Assembly (NCBI GenBank): GCA_016840065.1 | Contig: JAEOTB010000037.1 | Span: 1-64,000, forward strand | Direction of reading: 5' to 3' | DNA: 64,000 bases | Origin: Candidatus Hermodarchaeota archaeon | GTDB lineage: Archaea > Asgardarchaeota > Hermodarchaeia > Hermodarchaeales > Hermodarchaeaceae | Part shown: positions 1 through 9,328 of the stretch, piece by piece | Layout of the letters: each line of letters opens with the position of its first letter | Numbering within the stretch: the first letter of the stretch is position 1 | The notes under the pieces: generated by a model | The model's database searches: none | What the model was told of the DNA's origin: nothing | The model's input: the letters and a program-made list of their open reading frames with translations, nothing else | Position numbers and translations under genes: made by a program

Positions 1-94
1 CCCAACCAATAGGATTTGAGTATAACAGAATTCTTTTTAGTCGAAGACAAAGGTTGCTATCCATTGTAAGATTACATTATGTGAGTGTGATCAT

Positions 95-1351
95 GTGACA
101 AAGGTGAAGTTTCCCTATGGCTCAGACGAAATTCAACTAGGAATTCCAGAGCGAAACCTGTTAGGTATTTTAGACGCAAAACCTGTCTCGGGAATACCAA
201 ATCCCGCCCAAGCAGTTAGAGAAGCCGTTTTGAATCCCATTGGAACACAACCTCTAGTAGAGATTGCAGAACAAGGTCAAACTGTGGCGATTGTCGTCGA
301 CGACCACACAAGGGGGCTGCCATGCTCAATTCTGGTAAATCCTTTACTTGAGCAACTTCAGAAGGCAGGTATCAAGGAAGAGGATATTTCTATCGTATTT
401 GGTACTGGAACACATCGTGCCACAACGCCTGAGGAACAAGAGAAACTACTTTGCGACGTTAGTTGCAGAACATTGAAGGTTGAAGTACACGATTGCGACA
501 GCGGCGACTTGGTACAAGTTGGGAACACTACCTTCGGAACAGAGGTGGAAATTAGCAGAGCATTTCACGATGCTGACCTTCATCTACTAACTGGTGATGT
601 TGGTTTCCACTATTATGCGGGCTTTGGCGGTGGACGGAAGAGTGTTCTACCTGCAGTGAGTGGTCGTCAGACTATTAACAAGAACCATGGGATGCTAACA
701 CATCCTAAGGCTACAACAGGAAACCTTGAAGGTAATCCCATTCATTTGGACATGATGGAGGCTGCCCGGCTAGCACGGGTTGATTTCATAGTGAACTTTG
801 TCCGCAACTCGCAGAAAGAAGTAGTTGCTGCTTATGCTGGTGACCTTGAGCAAGCGTTCATGCGGGGAGTAGAACAGGTAGATAAAATGGGACGCGTTCC
901 TGTCAAAGAAAAAGCAGACATCGTCATCACTAGCTCAGGTTATCCAAAAGACATTGACCTTTACCAAGCGACGAAAGCACAGGTACATGCCTTGGGGGCT
1001 GTTCGCGATGGTGGTATCATCATTAGCCTATTAGAATGCCGTGAGGGTATTGGGCATAAGGTCTTTGAAGAATGGGCGCATAAATATCGCTCGCTGGAGG
1101 AGCTGACCCAACAGGTTCAGAACAACTTCATTATGGGCGGCCACAAGATATTCTATGTGGCTCAAGCAGCATCGCGAGTGAAGCTCTTTCTAGTTTCAGC
1201 GCTTGATCCGAAAGAGACCCAAGAATACTACTACATGACACCATTCAAGACCGCGAATGATGCACTACAGGCTGCCTTTAATGAGATGGGGCGAGATGCG
1301 ACCGTCTGGGCGATGCCTCACGGAACCCAAGTTCTTCCCACCGCTACCTGA
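95..1351 (+). CDS. larA: Nickel-pincer lactate racemase family protein (LarA)
   Basis: DDHTR, GTGTHR, FHYYAGFGGGRKS and GYPKDIDLYQ motifs of the LarA family. Confidence 0.85.
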   Translation: MTKVKFPYGSDEIQLGIPERNLLGILDAKPVSGIPNPAQAVREAVLNPIGTQPLVEIAEQGQTVAIVVDDHTRGLPCSILVNPLLEQLQKAGIKEEDISIVFGTGTHRATTPEEQEKLLCDVSCRTLKVEVHDCDSGDLVQVGNTTFGTEVEISRAFHDADLHLLTGDVGFHYYAGFGGGRKSVLPAVSGRQTINKNHGMLTHPKATTGNLEGNPIHLDMMEAARLARVDFIVNFVRNSQKEVVAAYAGDLEQAFMRGVEQVDKMGRVPVKEKADIVITSSGYPKDIDLYQATKAQVHALGAVRDGGIIISLLECREGIGHKVFEEWAHKYRSLEELTQQVQNNFIMGGHKIFYVAQAASRVKLFLVSALDPKETQEYYYMTPFKTANDALQAAFNEMGRDATVWAMPHGTQVLPTAT

Positions 1352-1389
1352 CACCAAACATAACCAGGTTAGAAAACTTCTGTGCTAAA

Positions 1390-2571
1390 CTAGAAAAGGA
1401 AGCCGAACGGTGGGATAAGCAGTACTGGCAGAATAAACGAGAGAACACCAATGATTTTCCTACTCGTACTAAGGGGAGATACATCGTCGATGGGCCCTGG
1501 GTGTCGACCATAGGAAAAGAACCAAGCTAGCAATGCCATGAATACCTGCCCAACCAAGAAAAGAATCGCGATAGCAATGTAGGATACTATTTTGTGATAC
1601 TTATGACCGAACAAGGCACGGGCGACATGACCTCCATCAAATTGCCCGATGGGGCAGTAGTTAAATCCAGTTATTAAGAATCCAAGCCAACCTGCGATGA
1701 AGATAGGGTGTGCTAGAATTTTACCATTTATGCCTATGAATGAGGCGATGAATGTGATAAGCAGTGGATCGGGGATAGCCGATAATCCAAGACCCAGTGT
1801 TCCCAAATACGCCTCCAGCCCCGGGGATACAGGAGGGCTAAGCATCAGACCAACGACAACAGCAACAAAAGAAATCAGAAGCCCCACAACAGGACCACCA
1901 ATACCGAGGTCGAAGAGGCTGTCCCTTGTGGGAGGAGGAGTTCGTTGGATGATGATGGCACCAAAGGTTCCGTAGAATAATCCTGGGATGAAATATGGAA
2001 GAGATGTTTCCATACCGTGTCTGCGGCTAGAGAAGATATGCCCTAATTCATGAATTCCAATGATTGATAGGATAGCTGTAGTATAAAGAACCATTACAAG
2101 TATTATTGGGAAAAGGTTGGTAGGAAAACCCAATGTGTACAGTTGAGCAGGGCTACTGGCGAAAGACCAACCGGCTAAAAGAACAGTTACAACTGTGGCT
2201 AAGAAGAGCGCTAGGTTCACACGGTAGCTCCCCTTTTTTCGTGGTGGAGGTGCTGGCACCAGAATAATGACTGTCTCGTACTCGCCAGTTCCCTCAAAGA
2301 GTTCCATTCGACGAAAGACAGCAAGCATTTTGTATGGTTTAAGCCGTTCAGATAATCGGGCTGAGCGTTGTTTGATGTCAGCGTCTTTCTCTATGATGAA
2401 TCGTGGTATATTATCGCGTGGATCGACGTAGACATGACTGACTGTGAACTCTTCTTTGACAATATCTCGGAGCTCTAGAAGTATTGTATCCAGACTTGAG
2501 GACATTGTTTTGGGTTCTTCTGATGTTTCTGGGGCCTGATTCGAACCTGACTGACCGTTCTCTTCGAACAC
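1390..2571 (-). CDS. Site-2 protease (peptidase M50) membrane metalloprotease
   Basis: HELGH zinc motif, NYCPIGQFDGGH motif, multiple TM segments. Confidence 0.9.
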   Translation of the reverse strand: MFEENGQSGSNQAPETSEEPKTMSSSLDTILLELRDIVKEEFTVSHVYVDPRDNIPRFIIEKDADIKQRSARLSERLKPYKMLAVFRRMELFEGTGEYETVIILVPAPPPRKKGSYRVNLALFLATVVTVLLAGWSFASSPAQLYTLGFPTNLFPIILVMVLYTTAILSIIGIHELGHIFSSRRHGMETSLPYFIPGLFYGTFGAIIIQRTPPPTRDSLFDLGIGGPVVGLLISFVAVVVGLMLSPPVSPGLEAYLGTLGLGLSAIPDPLLITFIASFIGINGKILAHPIFIAGWLGFLITGFNYCPIGQFDGGHVARALFGHKYHKIVSYIAIAILFLVGQVFMALLAWFFSYGRHPGPIDDVSPLSTSRKIIGVLSFILPVLLIPPFGFLF

Positions 2572-2707
2572 AGTGATTCACCGACAGCGCTTAGATGCTC
2601 AGCTGTGAATATTCCTCATAAAGTTTTCCAAATCGACACCTATGTTTTGAGGAGTATGAAGGTAGATTTTTAGGTGATTCAGACGAATTCTGAATATACT
2701 GGTTCAT

Positions 2708-3202
2708 ATGACTCAGTTGCGCGGCTTCAATGTAAGAAAGGCGGATGACTCGGATATCCCTCAGGTAATGCAAATTAATCTAGAAACATTACCAGAGAAC
2801 TATCCTGAATTCTTCTTTAGAGACCTCCTCAACAAATTCCCTGAAGCCTTTATCGTTGCTGAATTAGAGGGTAAACTCGTCGGATATATAATGTGCCGGA
2901 TGGAGGGAGGCATCTCTAATTTCGGCATTAGCTGGGTTAGGAAAGGTCACATAGTTAGTGTGACGGTTTTACCTCTATATCGGCGGCGAGGTGTGGGTTC
3001 CCAGTTGATAACCCATGCAGTCATGGCAATGACAGATTGCTATGATGCAAAGGAGGTCATACTAGAGGTGCGGGTTTCTAATGTTGCAGCCATTGCGATT
3101 TATAACAAGCTCAAGTTCAGTTGTATTCGCACTATCCGCTCATATTATCGCGATGGTGAAGACGCCCTTCTGATGGCAATTCAAACAGCGAAAACCGAAT
3201 AA
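2708..3202 (+). CDS. ard1: N-alpha-acetyltransferase (Ard1/RimI, GNAT)
   Basis: LPENY, GHIVSV, RRRGVG, EVRVSN and YYRDGEDA motifs. Confidence 0.9.
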   Translation: MTQLRGFNVRKADDSDIPQVMQINLETLPENYPEFFFRDLLNKFPEAFIVAELEGKLVGYIMCRMEGGISNFGISWVRKGHIVSVTVLPLYRRRGVGSQLITHAVMAMTDCYDAKEVILEVRVSNVAAIAIYNKLKFSCIRTIRSYYRDGEDALLMAIQTAKTE

Positions 3203-3295
3203 ATCCAATCATATATTATGAGCTTAAGACGCTGTCCATAGGGCAATTCAAGAAATAAACTGTTCTAGCATAATAGCTATGAGACAAATGATATA

Positions 3296-4516
3296 ATGGC
3301 GGGATTGAAAATGACACCAAGTAAAAGTCCTACTCAAACCCGTATTGAAGTCGCTGATGAGGAACTCCACAAAGTTTTTCACATTTCTAAGAAAGAAGTT
3401 GCTTTCGCAGGAGTGCTACTAGCCTTCTATATTGTTACACTTCTCTTTCTCAGCGACAATGTTCTTTTGCTAATTGTTGCCGGAATGAGCTTCTCATTAT
3501 GGTTAACATTTCGGGCTTCACACTGGGCTATTGACGGACTAGAGACACTAGGTATTTACGCAGGAATCAGTGCATACACGATTGGTGTCCTTTCAAGTCT
3601 AGCCTCTAATACACCTGAGGCAGTCATAAGCGCTCTAACAGCGTTACGCGGTATCGTCACTGTTCAACCTGATCTAGTTACTATTGCAGTGCTAAGTGTT
3701 GTTATGGCCGCAGGGTTCAATATCATTCTCCTCGGATGTGTTGTAGTAATCGCTGCCCGGAAGGAAGGGCTTCTGAAAGTACCAATAGAAGTCATAAAGG
3801 ATGATGCAGATCTCATCAGATGGACTATCGTAGCAATGGCGTTACTCTTTGCGTTAGGCTTGCTCCACTACATCAACGCCATTATCATAGCAATCGAAAC
3901 TGCAACACCGGTAGTTAGCATCCCTCTTCCTGCAATAGCAGGTTTTATGATGGTTCTCTCATATGTCATCTATGCGGCATATTCTGTCTCAAAAAAGTCT
4001 CCAAGTACACAGGATATCATTCAGCCACATCGCAGTAAACGGACTTCAGTGCTATTAGCTGTGATCGGCTTTGTTGGGATTTTCATCGCAGGTTTCATTT
4101 TAACGGACGCGATTGAGCGAATATTTCACTTTGTGCCCTTCAGCGCATACGGTGTAGGTCACGAACAAGAACTAGCAATAATGGCGATGATTATAGGAGC
4201 GGCTGGCGCGATTCCTGAACACGGTATTGCCCTTATTGCTGCTGCAAAGGATAAAGCAGGTATCGCCATTGGGAACACCCTTGGAGGCACAACTCAAGTG
4301 CTTCTCCTTATCATTGGCGGGGTTTCTCTTGCCCTATATCCGTTCGGTGGCCTACCTCTCTCCGCAGCGGTTCTTCTACAATTCGCAACAGCAGCAGGGA
4401 GTCTATGGTTCCTAAAACGAGCAATGACAGATGATCAGCGAGTAGATATCTTCGAAGGCGTGATGATTTTACTAATGCAAGCCTTCGTTTTCGTCTTAAT
4501 CCTAACTCCCATTTGA
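3296..4516 (+). CDS. Ca2+/cation antiporter (CaCA family)
   Basis: Two alpha-repeat motifs (SNTPE; GAIPEH...GNTLGG) and about 10 TM segments. Confidence 0.75.
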   Translation: MAGLKMTPSKSPTQTRIEVADEELHKVFHISKKEVAFAGVLLAFYIVTLLFLSDNVLLLIVAGMSFSLWLTFRASHWAIDGLETLGIYAGISAYTIGVLSSLASNTPEAVISALTALRGIVTVQPDLVTIAVLSVVMAAGFNIILLGCVVVIAARKEGLLKVPIEVIKDDADLIRWTIVAMALLFALGLLHYINAIIIAIETATPVVSIPLPAIAGFMMVLSYVIYAAYSVSKKSPSTQDIIQPHRSKRTSVLLAVIGFVGIFIAGFILTDAIERIFHFVPFSAYGVGHEQELAIMAMIIGAAGAIPEHGIALIAAAKDKAGIAIGNTLGGTTQVLLLIIGGVSLALYPFGGLPLSAAVLLQFATAAGSLWFLKRAMTDDQRVDIFEGVMILLMQAFVFVLILTPI

Positions 4517-4613
4517 ATTTATGAAAATACGTTGCAAGCTAATTCGGCAAAACCTTAAAATGAGTTCATGGGAAATCCAGTCTAGTAATTAACCGTTTCT
4601 TAGGGGAAAGCTT

Positions 4614-5327
4614 GTGTCTTTAGAGACTATTCAGGGTAGCTTGGTTCAGATGGCTTCAACCATCCTAAACCGCCTGGGTTTACCAGCTCCAGCTAATCTA
4701 TCCCCTGGTTTGGATTTGACTAAGTACAATCCCTGCAAGCAAGTAGTTATTGTTCACCTAGATAACTTTGGGTTGCTTGAAGTTGCGATGCACAAACCTC
4801 AATTCCTGTTGAAGGAAAGCAAAACAATGCTTGCTCTAGAAACAACAAACGGTTATGCTGCAAACGTAACAAAAGAACTAGTTCATGGGAATTTAACTGA
4901 GCCATTTAATCTGCTTTCGTTTGTAGTACAGCAGGGAAAGAATGCAGTGGTTGTAGATCGGGAGGAACAGCGAAGCACCGCAGGAACCGCTACATTCACA
5001 CCTGCCGACACCGATATGCGGGTCTACATTGAAACTGCCAAGCTGTTGAATAGGTCGGATTTGCTCCTCATTCACTTTCTTGACTACGATAAACTCCTTC
5101 AACAGCATTCAACTCGTCCACCTCTGGAATTAGCTCAGAAACTCCTGCACAGAACTGACCGATGGCTCCTAGGATTCTACAAACAAGCAGTTCCAAACAC
5201 ACTCTTTCTTGTCCTCGGAAACAAAGGACAAAGAGATTATGGGATAAAATACGAGGACAAGTATGAGCAGTGGGCGAAGGCTAACCTGCCTATCTGCTTA
5301 GTTATTTACAAGGGATCAGTAGGTTGA
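4614..5327 (+). CDS. Hypothetical protein with a degenerate alkaline-phosphatase-superfamily-like motif
   Basis: VIVHLDNFG and IHFLDYD resemble AlkP-superfamily strands; the metal ligands are incomplete. Confidence 0.4.
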   Translation: MSLETIQGSLVQMASTILNRLGLPAPANLSPGLDLTKYNPCKQVVIVHLDNFGLLEVAMHKPQFLLKESKTMLALETTNGYAANVTKELVHGNLTEPFNLLSFVVQQGKNAVVVDREEQRSTAGTATFTPADTDMRVYIETAKLLNRSDLLLIHFLDYDKLLQQHSTRPPLELAQKLLHRTDRWLLGFYKQAVPNTLFLVLGNKGQRDYGIKYEDKYEQWAKANLPICLVIYKGSVG

Positions 5328-5333
5328 TGTACA

Positions 5334-5690
5334 ATGACAGCTAAAACTGATAAACAAGATACAGAAGAGCCCCTGGCACATATTACCGATCCAATCGCGA
5401 CGATTCTTTTCGTGATATTCGTTGGAAGCTTGGGATATCTACTCACTGCCAGCATGGTAGGGCTATATCCGTGGATGCCAGTAATGAATGCTGTTTGGTT
5501 CATCCCGACATGGGATGCGGCCATCACTGTCCTCTCCCTACTAACGATTATGTTCTTGTCATTAATCGGCGGTCTTGTTAAAATGCGCTATTCGATAATT
5601 CTAGTAGGTATTGTTTTACTTGTCGCGGTCTTTATTATCACCTTCTTCACAATGTTTTTCTTCACCTTCCTATCAGCCCCAATGCTCTAG
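5334..5690 (+). CDS. Small membrane protein (3 TM)
   Basis: Three hydrophobic segments; tight operonic spacing. Confidence 0.65.
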   Translation: MTAKTDKQDTEEPLAHITDPIATILFVIFVGSLGYLLTASMVGLYPWMPVMNAVWFIPTWDAAITVLSLLTIMFLSLIGGLVKMRYSIILVGIVLLVAVFIITFFTMFFFTFLSAPML

Positions 5691-5756
5691 CTAACCACAA
5701 GACGATAAAACTAAAAACAACCACCGCTACCGAAGAATGAACGGGAGCAAATATCA

Positions 5757-6737
5757 TTGACATTAGCAGAACTCTTGGATAAGGATTCGCTGCGTTTTCT
5801 GCTCTTCGGCGGGAAAGGCGGCGTTGGTAAAACAAGTAACGCAGCTGCAGCAGCCCTTTGGGCAGCCGAACACGGCAGAGAGGTACTTGTGTTAAGCACT
5901 GACCCAGCCCACAGCCTAGGTGATAGCTTTGCCCAAGACCTTAGCGGTGGCGAGGCAGTCCAAATCAAAGGCGTGAAGAACCTTTTCGGGCTTGAGATTG
6001 ATCCGCGGAAAGCCTATGCAGAATACCAGCAAATGGCCCAGCAACCAGAGATGGAAGGAATGGGTGAGATGGGCGGAATGATGGGTCTAGGCGACTTGAC
6101 AGATATGACCGCCCCAGGTGCAGACGAAGCGCTAGCATTCTCCAAAGTTCTTGAATATATTCAAGAATGCGAGTACGATCTCGTGGTCTTTGACACTGCG
6201 CCTACCGGTCACACACTCCGTCTGCTTGGTCTTCCTGAAATGCTGGACAGCTTCTTTGGGAAGCTCATCAAGTTTCGCTTGCGCATGGGTAACATCTTTG
6301 GCAGAATAAAATCCGCTTTTGGTCGTGGTGACTCCGAACAAGATAATTCTCTTGAGCAAATGGAGAAGTTGAAGGAAAACATTTCTGCGGCACGAATTGA
6401 GTTAAGCGACCCTGACCGAACTCGCTTCGTCATTGTCATGATTCCAGAGGCGATGGCTGTTGCCGAAACAGAACGGCTACTTCAAGCACTTTACGAGTTT
6501 CAAATACCGAGTAGCCATATAATCACAAACATGGTTTTCCCTGAAGTACCTGATTGTACCTTCTGTAAATCCCGTAAAGAAATGCAGGAAAAATACCTAG
6601 ACCAGATTAGGGAAATCTACGATGATTTCACAATCACAGAGGTTCCCCTATTTACCCATGAGGTCCGTGGGCTCCCAACACTTCGACGCCTTGGTGAACT
6701 CTTAGCCACTGGTACACTACCTGAACTTGGTGAATAA
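5757..6737 (+). CDS. GET3/TRC40/ArsA family ATPase
   Basis: GGKGGVGKT, STDPAHSL and DTAPTGHT motifs, Met-rich insert, C-terminal CTFC (CxxC). Confidence 0.92.
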   Translation: MTLAELLDKDSLRFLLFGGKGGVGKTSNAAAAALWAAEHGREVLVLSTDPAHSLGDSFAQDLSGGEAVQIKGVKNLFGLEIDPRKAYAEYQQMAQQPEMEGMGEMGGMMGLGDLTDMTAPGADEALAFSKVLEYIQECEYDLVVFDTAPTGHTLRLLGLPEMLDSFFGKLIKFRLRMGNIFGRIKSAFGRGDSEQDNSLEQMEKLKENISAARIELSDPDRTRFVIVMIPEAMAVAETERLLQALYEFQIPSSHIITNMVFPEVPDCTFCKSRKEMQEKYLDQIREIYDDFTITEVPLFTHEVRGLPTLRRLGELLATGTLPELGE

Positions 6738-6739
6738 CC

Positions 6740-6856
6740 ATGAAACGAAAAGAGAAACAAATCCTGATGTTCTTCCTAATGTTCCTAATTATAGGGAGCC
6801 TCTTCGTCACCGTAGCCCTAATCGCCTTCACCATGCCCCCAGCCCTTATCCCCTAG
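6740..6856 (+). CDS. 38-aa single-TM microprotein (MKRKEKQILMFFLMFLIIGSLFVTVALIAFTMPPALIP), below the ORF-track cutoff
   Basis: ATG 2 nt after the GET3 stop; basic N-terminus then a hydrophobic helix of about 23 aa; TAG at 6854-6856. Confidence 0.65.
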   Translation: MKRKEKQILMFFLMFLIIGSLFVTVALIAFTMPPALIP

Positions 6857-6933
6857 ACCAAGAACACAACAAAACTTATTAGGCAACACAAAGAGCACCT
6901 AACCATCAAAGAAGCTAGACAGAGGAACCTAAA

Positions 6934-7140
6934 TTGACGTTTAGATGCACAAAATGCGGCAAAGAACTAACATGCCCCTACTGCTCAACGCCTATTGCCA
7001 GTATGCAGCCCACAAACCGTTGTGTAGTCTGTGGAAAACCATTTGCCACAATCCTACCCAGCTCCAAATGCCCAAGCTGTGGAGCCAGAATCATGATGAA
7101 AGTTAGGCCCCAGATCGTTAAGAAACTTCGACCAACCTAA
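6934..7140 (+). CDS. rpo12: RNA polymerase subunit Rpo12 (RpoP)-like protein with an extra inserted zinc ribbon
   Basis: FRCTKCG...KCPSCGARIMMKVRP matches the Rpo12/Rpb12 pattern; four CxxC pairs. Confidence 0.7.
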   Translation: MTFRCTKCGKELTCPYCSTPIASMQPTNRCVVCGKPFATILPSSKCPSCGARIMMKVRPQIVKKLRPT

Positions 7141-7219
7141 GCGAAAAACCATGCAACCCTTTTGATTCTGGGCGTAAGCTTTTAAAGGTTTAAGTCTAAA
7201 TCCCTAATTACCTAACCAA

Positions 7220-7546
7220 TTGAGGTCAAACATGTCTTTCGACGAGATTTGTTCTATTTGTAGTCTACCCAAAGACATCTGCCGCTGCCAAGAGCTAGCA
7301 AAAAGCGAGCAGCGGATTAAGGTGCATACAGAGCGTAGAAAGTGGGGTAGGGAGGTAACTTTGGTGTCTGGTATTGATTCCCGAGAGATTTCCCTGTCCG
7401 AATTAGTGACTAAGTTGAAGAATAAACTTGCTTGTGGCGGGAGCGCTAAGGATGGCGTGATTCTCCTGATGGGTGATCACCGTCATAGACTTAGGGAAGT
7501 TCTTGCGGAGCTTGGTTTCCCAAGTGATAATATCGACATAAGTTAA
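7220..7546 (+). CDS. sui1: Translation initiation factor aIF1/SUI1 (probable start ATG 7232)
   Basis: CSICSLPKDICRC, RKWGREVT, KLACGG and GDHR motifs. Confidence 0.93.
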   Translation: MRSNMSFDEICSICSLPKDICRCQELAKSEQRIKVHTERRKWGREVTLVSGIDSREISLSELVTKLKNKLACGGSAKDGVILLMGDHRHRLREVLAELGFPSDNIDIS

Positions 7547-7676
7547 TCCTTCAACTCTGCATATCTAGGCTTCTAATCCAGTACTATGCACCTGCTAGGG
7601 TGAACCTGAATCAACCTACTCTATGCAAGTCAGAGGAAACCTTTTTGTGTTAGAATTATCCTCAACGTGAATCCGT

Positions 7677-7771
7677 GCCGGGATGGTGTAAACTGGAAAA
7701 CACCAGGCGCACTGGCAGCATTGAAGCCTGTGGAGCTTTAGGTTTGAGTTCAAATCTCAGTCCCGGCACCA
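7677..7771 (+). tRNA. tRNA-His(GUG) with a 21-nt intron at position 15/16; CCA encoded
   Basis: Acceptor GCCGGGA/TCCCGGC; after splicing the D-arm is GTGT-AATGGCA-GCAT; anticodon arm GAAGC-CTGTGGA-GCTTT; T-arm TTGAG-TTCAAAT-CTCAG; directly upstream of hisS. Confidence 0.88.
7692..7712 (+). other. Non-canonical tRNA intron (HBh' motif) ACTGGAAAACACCAGGCGCAC
   Basis: H GTGT(7686-89)/GCGC(7707-10); bulges AA^A and AC^T; h' CTGG/CCAG. Confidence 0.8.
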
Positions 7772-7774
7772 CTT

Positions 7775-9313
7775 TTGCCGCAGTGGCTACTGAACTCTTA
7801 TGCTTTGATGGTGTCTGAAATGGCTGGGATTAGGCGAGACAGGGAATTTGCGATCGGAGGATTCCGGGATTTCTATCCTGAACTCTATGGTAAAATCGAA
7901 ATGATTCTTGACGTTTTCCGCCGAATTCCTAAGTTGTTCGGGTATGTGGAGTACGAATGTCCCACGGTTGAACCCTTGAAATTATATCAGCTGAAATCGG
8001 GCGAAGGTTTGATTGCAGAGTCCTTTAGAGTTACCGACCGAAAGGAGCGGGAACTCGTACTTCGCCCTGAAACAACTCCATCTCTTGCTAGGATGTTAGC
8101 TGCACAGCAACAGTTTTACCCACGACCCATTAGGTGGTTCTCCATTTCACGTGTTTTCCGTGATGAGACACAGCAGCGTGGCCGTGTAAAGGAGTTCTGG
8201 CAGCTTAATGTTGATTTATTAGGGATTGAAGATGTGGCTGCTGATGCTGAAGTAATCAATGTCCTTGCTGATATCATCAAGGCTATCGGTTTTTCTTCGA
8301 CGGATTTTGTGATTCGTATCAATGACCGCCGCCTCGTGGAGAGTTATATCAAATCCCTTGGGCTCACAAACTTTACTGGTATTATCCGCACGTTGGATCG
8401 CCGGGATAGGATTCTGCAAGAATTGATTGAGGATAGTCTTAGTAAAGAAAAGATGAAGGCTAGGCAAGTAACAGAGGTCGCTCTTTTACTGCGTCGCTAC
8501 GCAAAGGGTGACAAAGAAGCGCTAACAAAATTACCGCGCAAGAAGAAGATAAGAGAATTAGCGAAGAATCTACCTAGTATCATTCAGAAGGCGATGATTG
8601 AGGCGTTAGAGGACATAGGTTTATCCAGAGAATTGGCTTTGAAGCTCTTCGAGTTCTCTACCATTTGTGGTAATCCAAGAGACGTCCTTCGATTCATGAA
8701 TGAGTTAAACCTCAACCCAGAAACGCTGCAAAGCCTTGAGCCACTCCGTCAATTGGCTTCACACCTAGAAGAACTAAATATTGATGATTGCTGTGAATTT
8801 GATGCCAGCATCGCTCGTGGACTAGACTACTACACAGGAATAGTTTTTGAGGCCTGGGATAGAAGTGCAAACATACCGCGCGCCATCGCTGGTGGTGGCC
8901 GGTACGACGACCTAGTTGATGTTTTTGGAGGTCAACGTCTTCCAGGAACTGGTTTTGGTTTTGGTGAAACAGTCATCTTAGCCCTTGCGGAGGAGAAAGG
9001 AATTCTTCCTCCAGCAAAGCCTCCAGCCTCGATATACCTTGCACCTGTCTCTACAAAGCAACTGCCTAAATGCCGCGAGCTAGCAAGCCAGTTACGCCAA
9101 AAAGGAATACCTACTCTGTTAAACGGATACTCTTGGTCCTTATCCAAACACCTAGATGCTGCTGGCAAACGAAATATCCCCCTAGTCGCAATAGTTGGAC
9201 CCCGTGAACTAGCTAACGAGGCTGTCAACGTTCGCGATATGATCTCAGGCGAAGAACGACAGGTAAAAATCGATGAATTATCCAGATTTGTGAAAGGTTA
9301 CCTGGTTCGCTGA
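7775..9313 (+). CDS. hisS: Histidine--tRNA ligase (probable start ATG 7820)
   Basis: GFRDF, LRPETT, FRDETQQRGR, RGLDYYTG and GGGRYD motifs; anticodon-binding domain. Confidence 0.96.
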   Translation: MPQWLLNSYALMVSEMAGIRRDREFAIGGFRDFYPELYGKIEMILDVFRRIPKLFGYVEYECPTVEPLKLYQLKSGEGLIAESFRVTDRKERELVLRPETTPSLARMLAAQQQFYPRPIRWFSISRVFRDETQQRGRVKEFWQLNVDLLGIEDVAADAEVINVLADIIKAIGFSSTDFVIRINDRRLVESYIKSLGLTNFTGIIRTLDRRDRILQELIEDSLSKEKMKARQVTEVALLLRRYAKGDKEALTKLPRKKKIRELAKNLPSIIQKAMIEALEDIGLSRELALKLFEFSTICGNPRDVLRFMNELNLNPETLQSLEPLRQLASHLEELNIDDCCEFDASIARGLDYYTGIVFEAWDRSANIPRAIAGGGRYDDLVDVFGGQRLPGTGFGFGETVILALAEEKGILPPAKPPASIYLAPVSTKQLPKCRELASQLRQKGIPTLLNGYSWSLSKHLDAAGKRNIPLVAIVGPRELANEAVNVRDMISGEERQVKIDELSRFVKGYLVR

Positions 9314-9328
9314 TTTTGTGAATGAAGT

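Noticed and set aside
7704-7730. CAGGC/GCCTG as the anticodon stem of a Cys or type II tRNA
   Set aside because: No valid U33 loop, no nucleotide 26 and no paired variable arm; the His(GUG) model fits all arms.
8400-8600. Lys/Arg-rich insertion in HisRS as an intron or intein
   Set aside because: In frame, helical protein-like, in the known variable insertion domain, and without intein terminal motifs.
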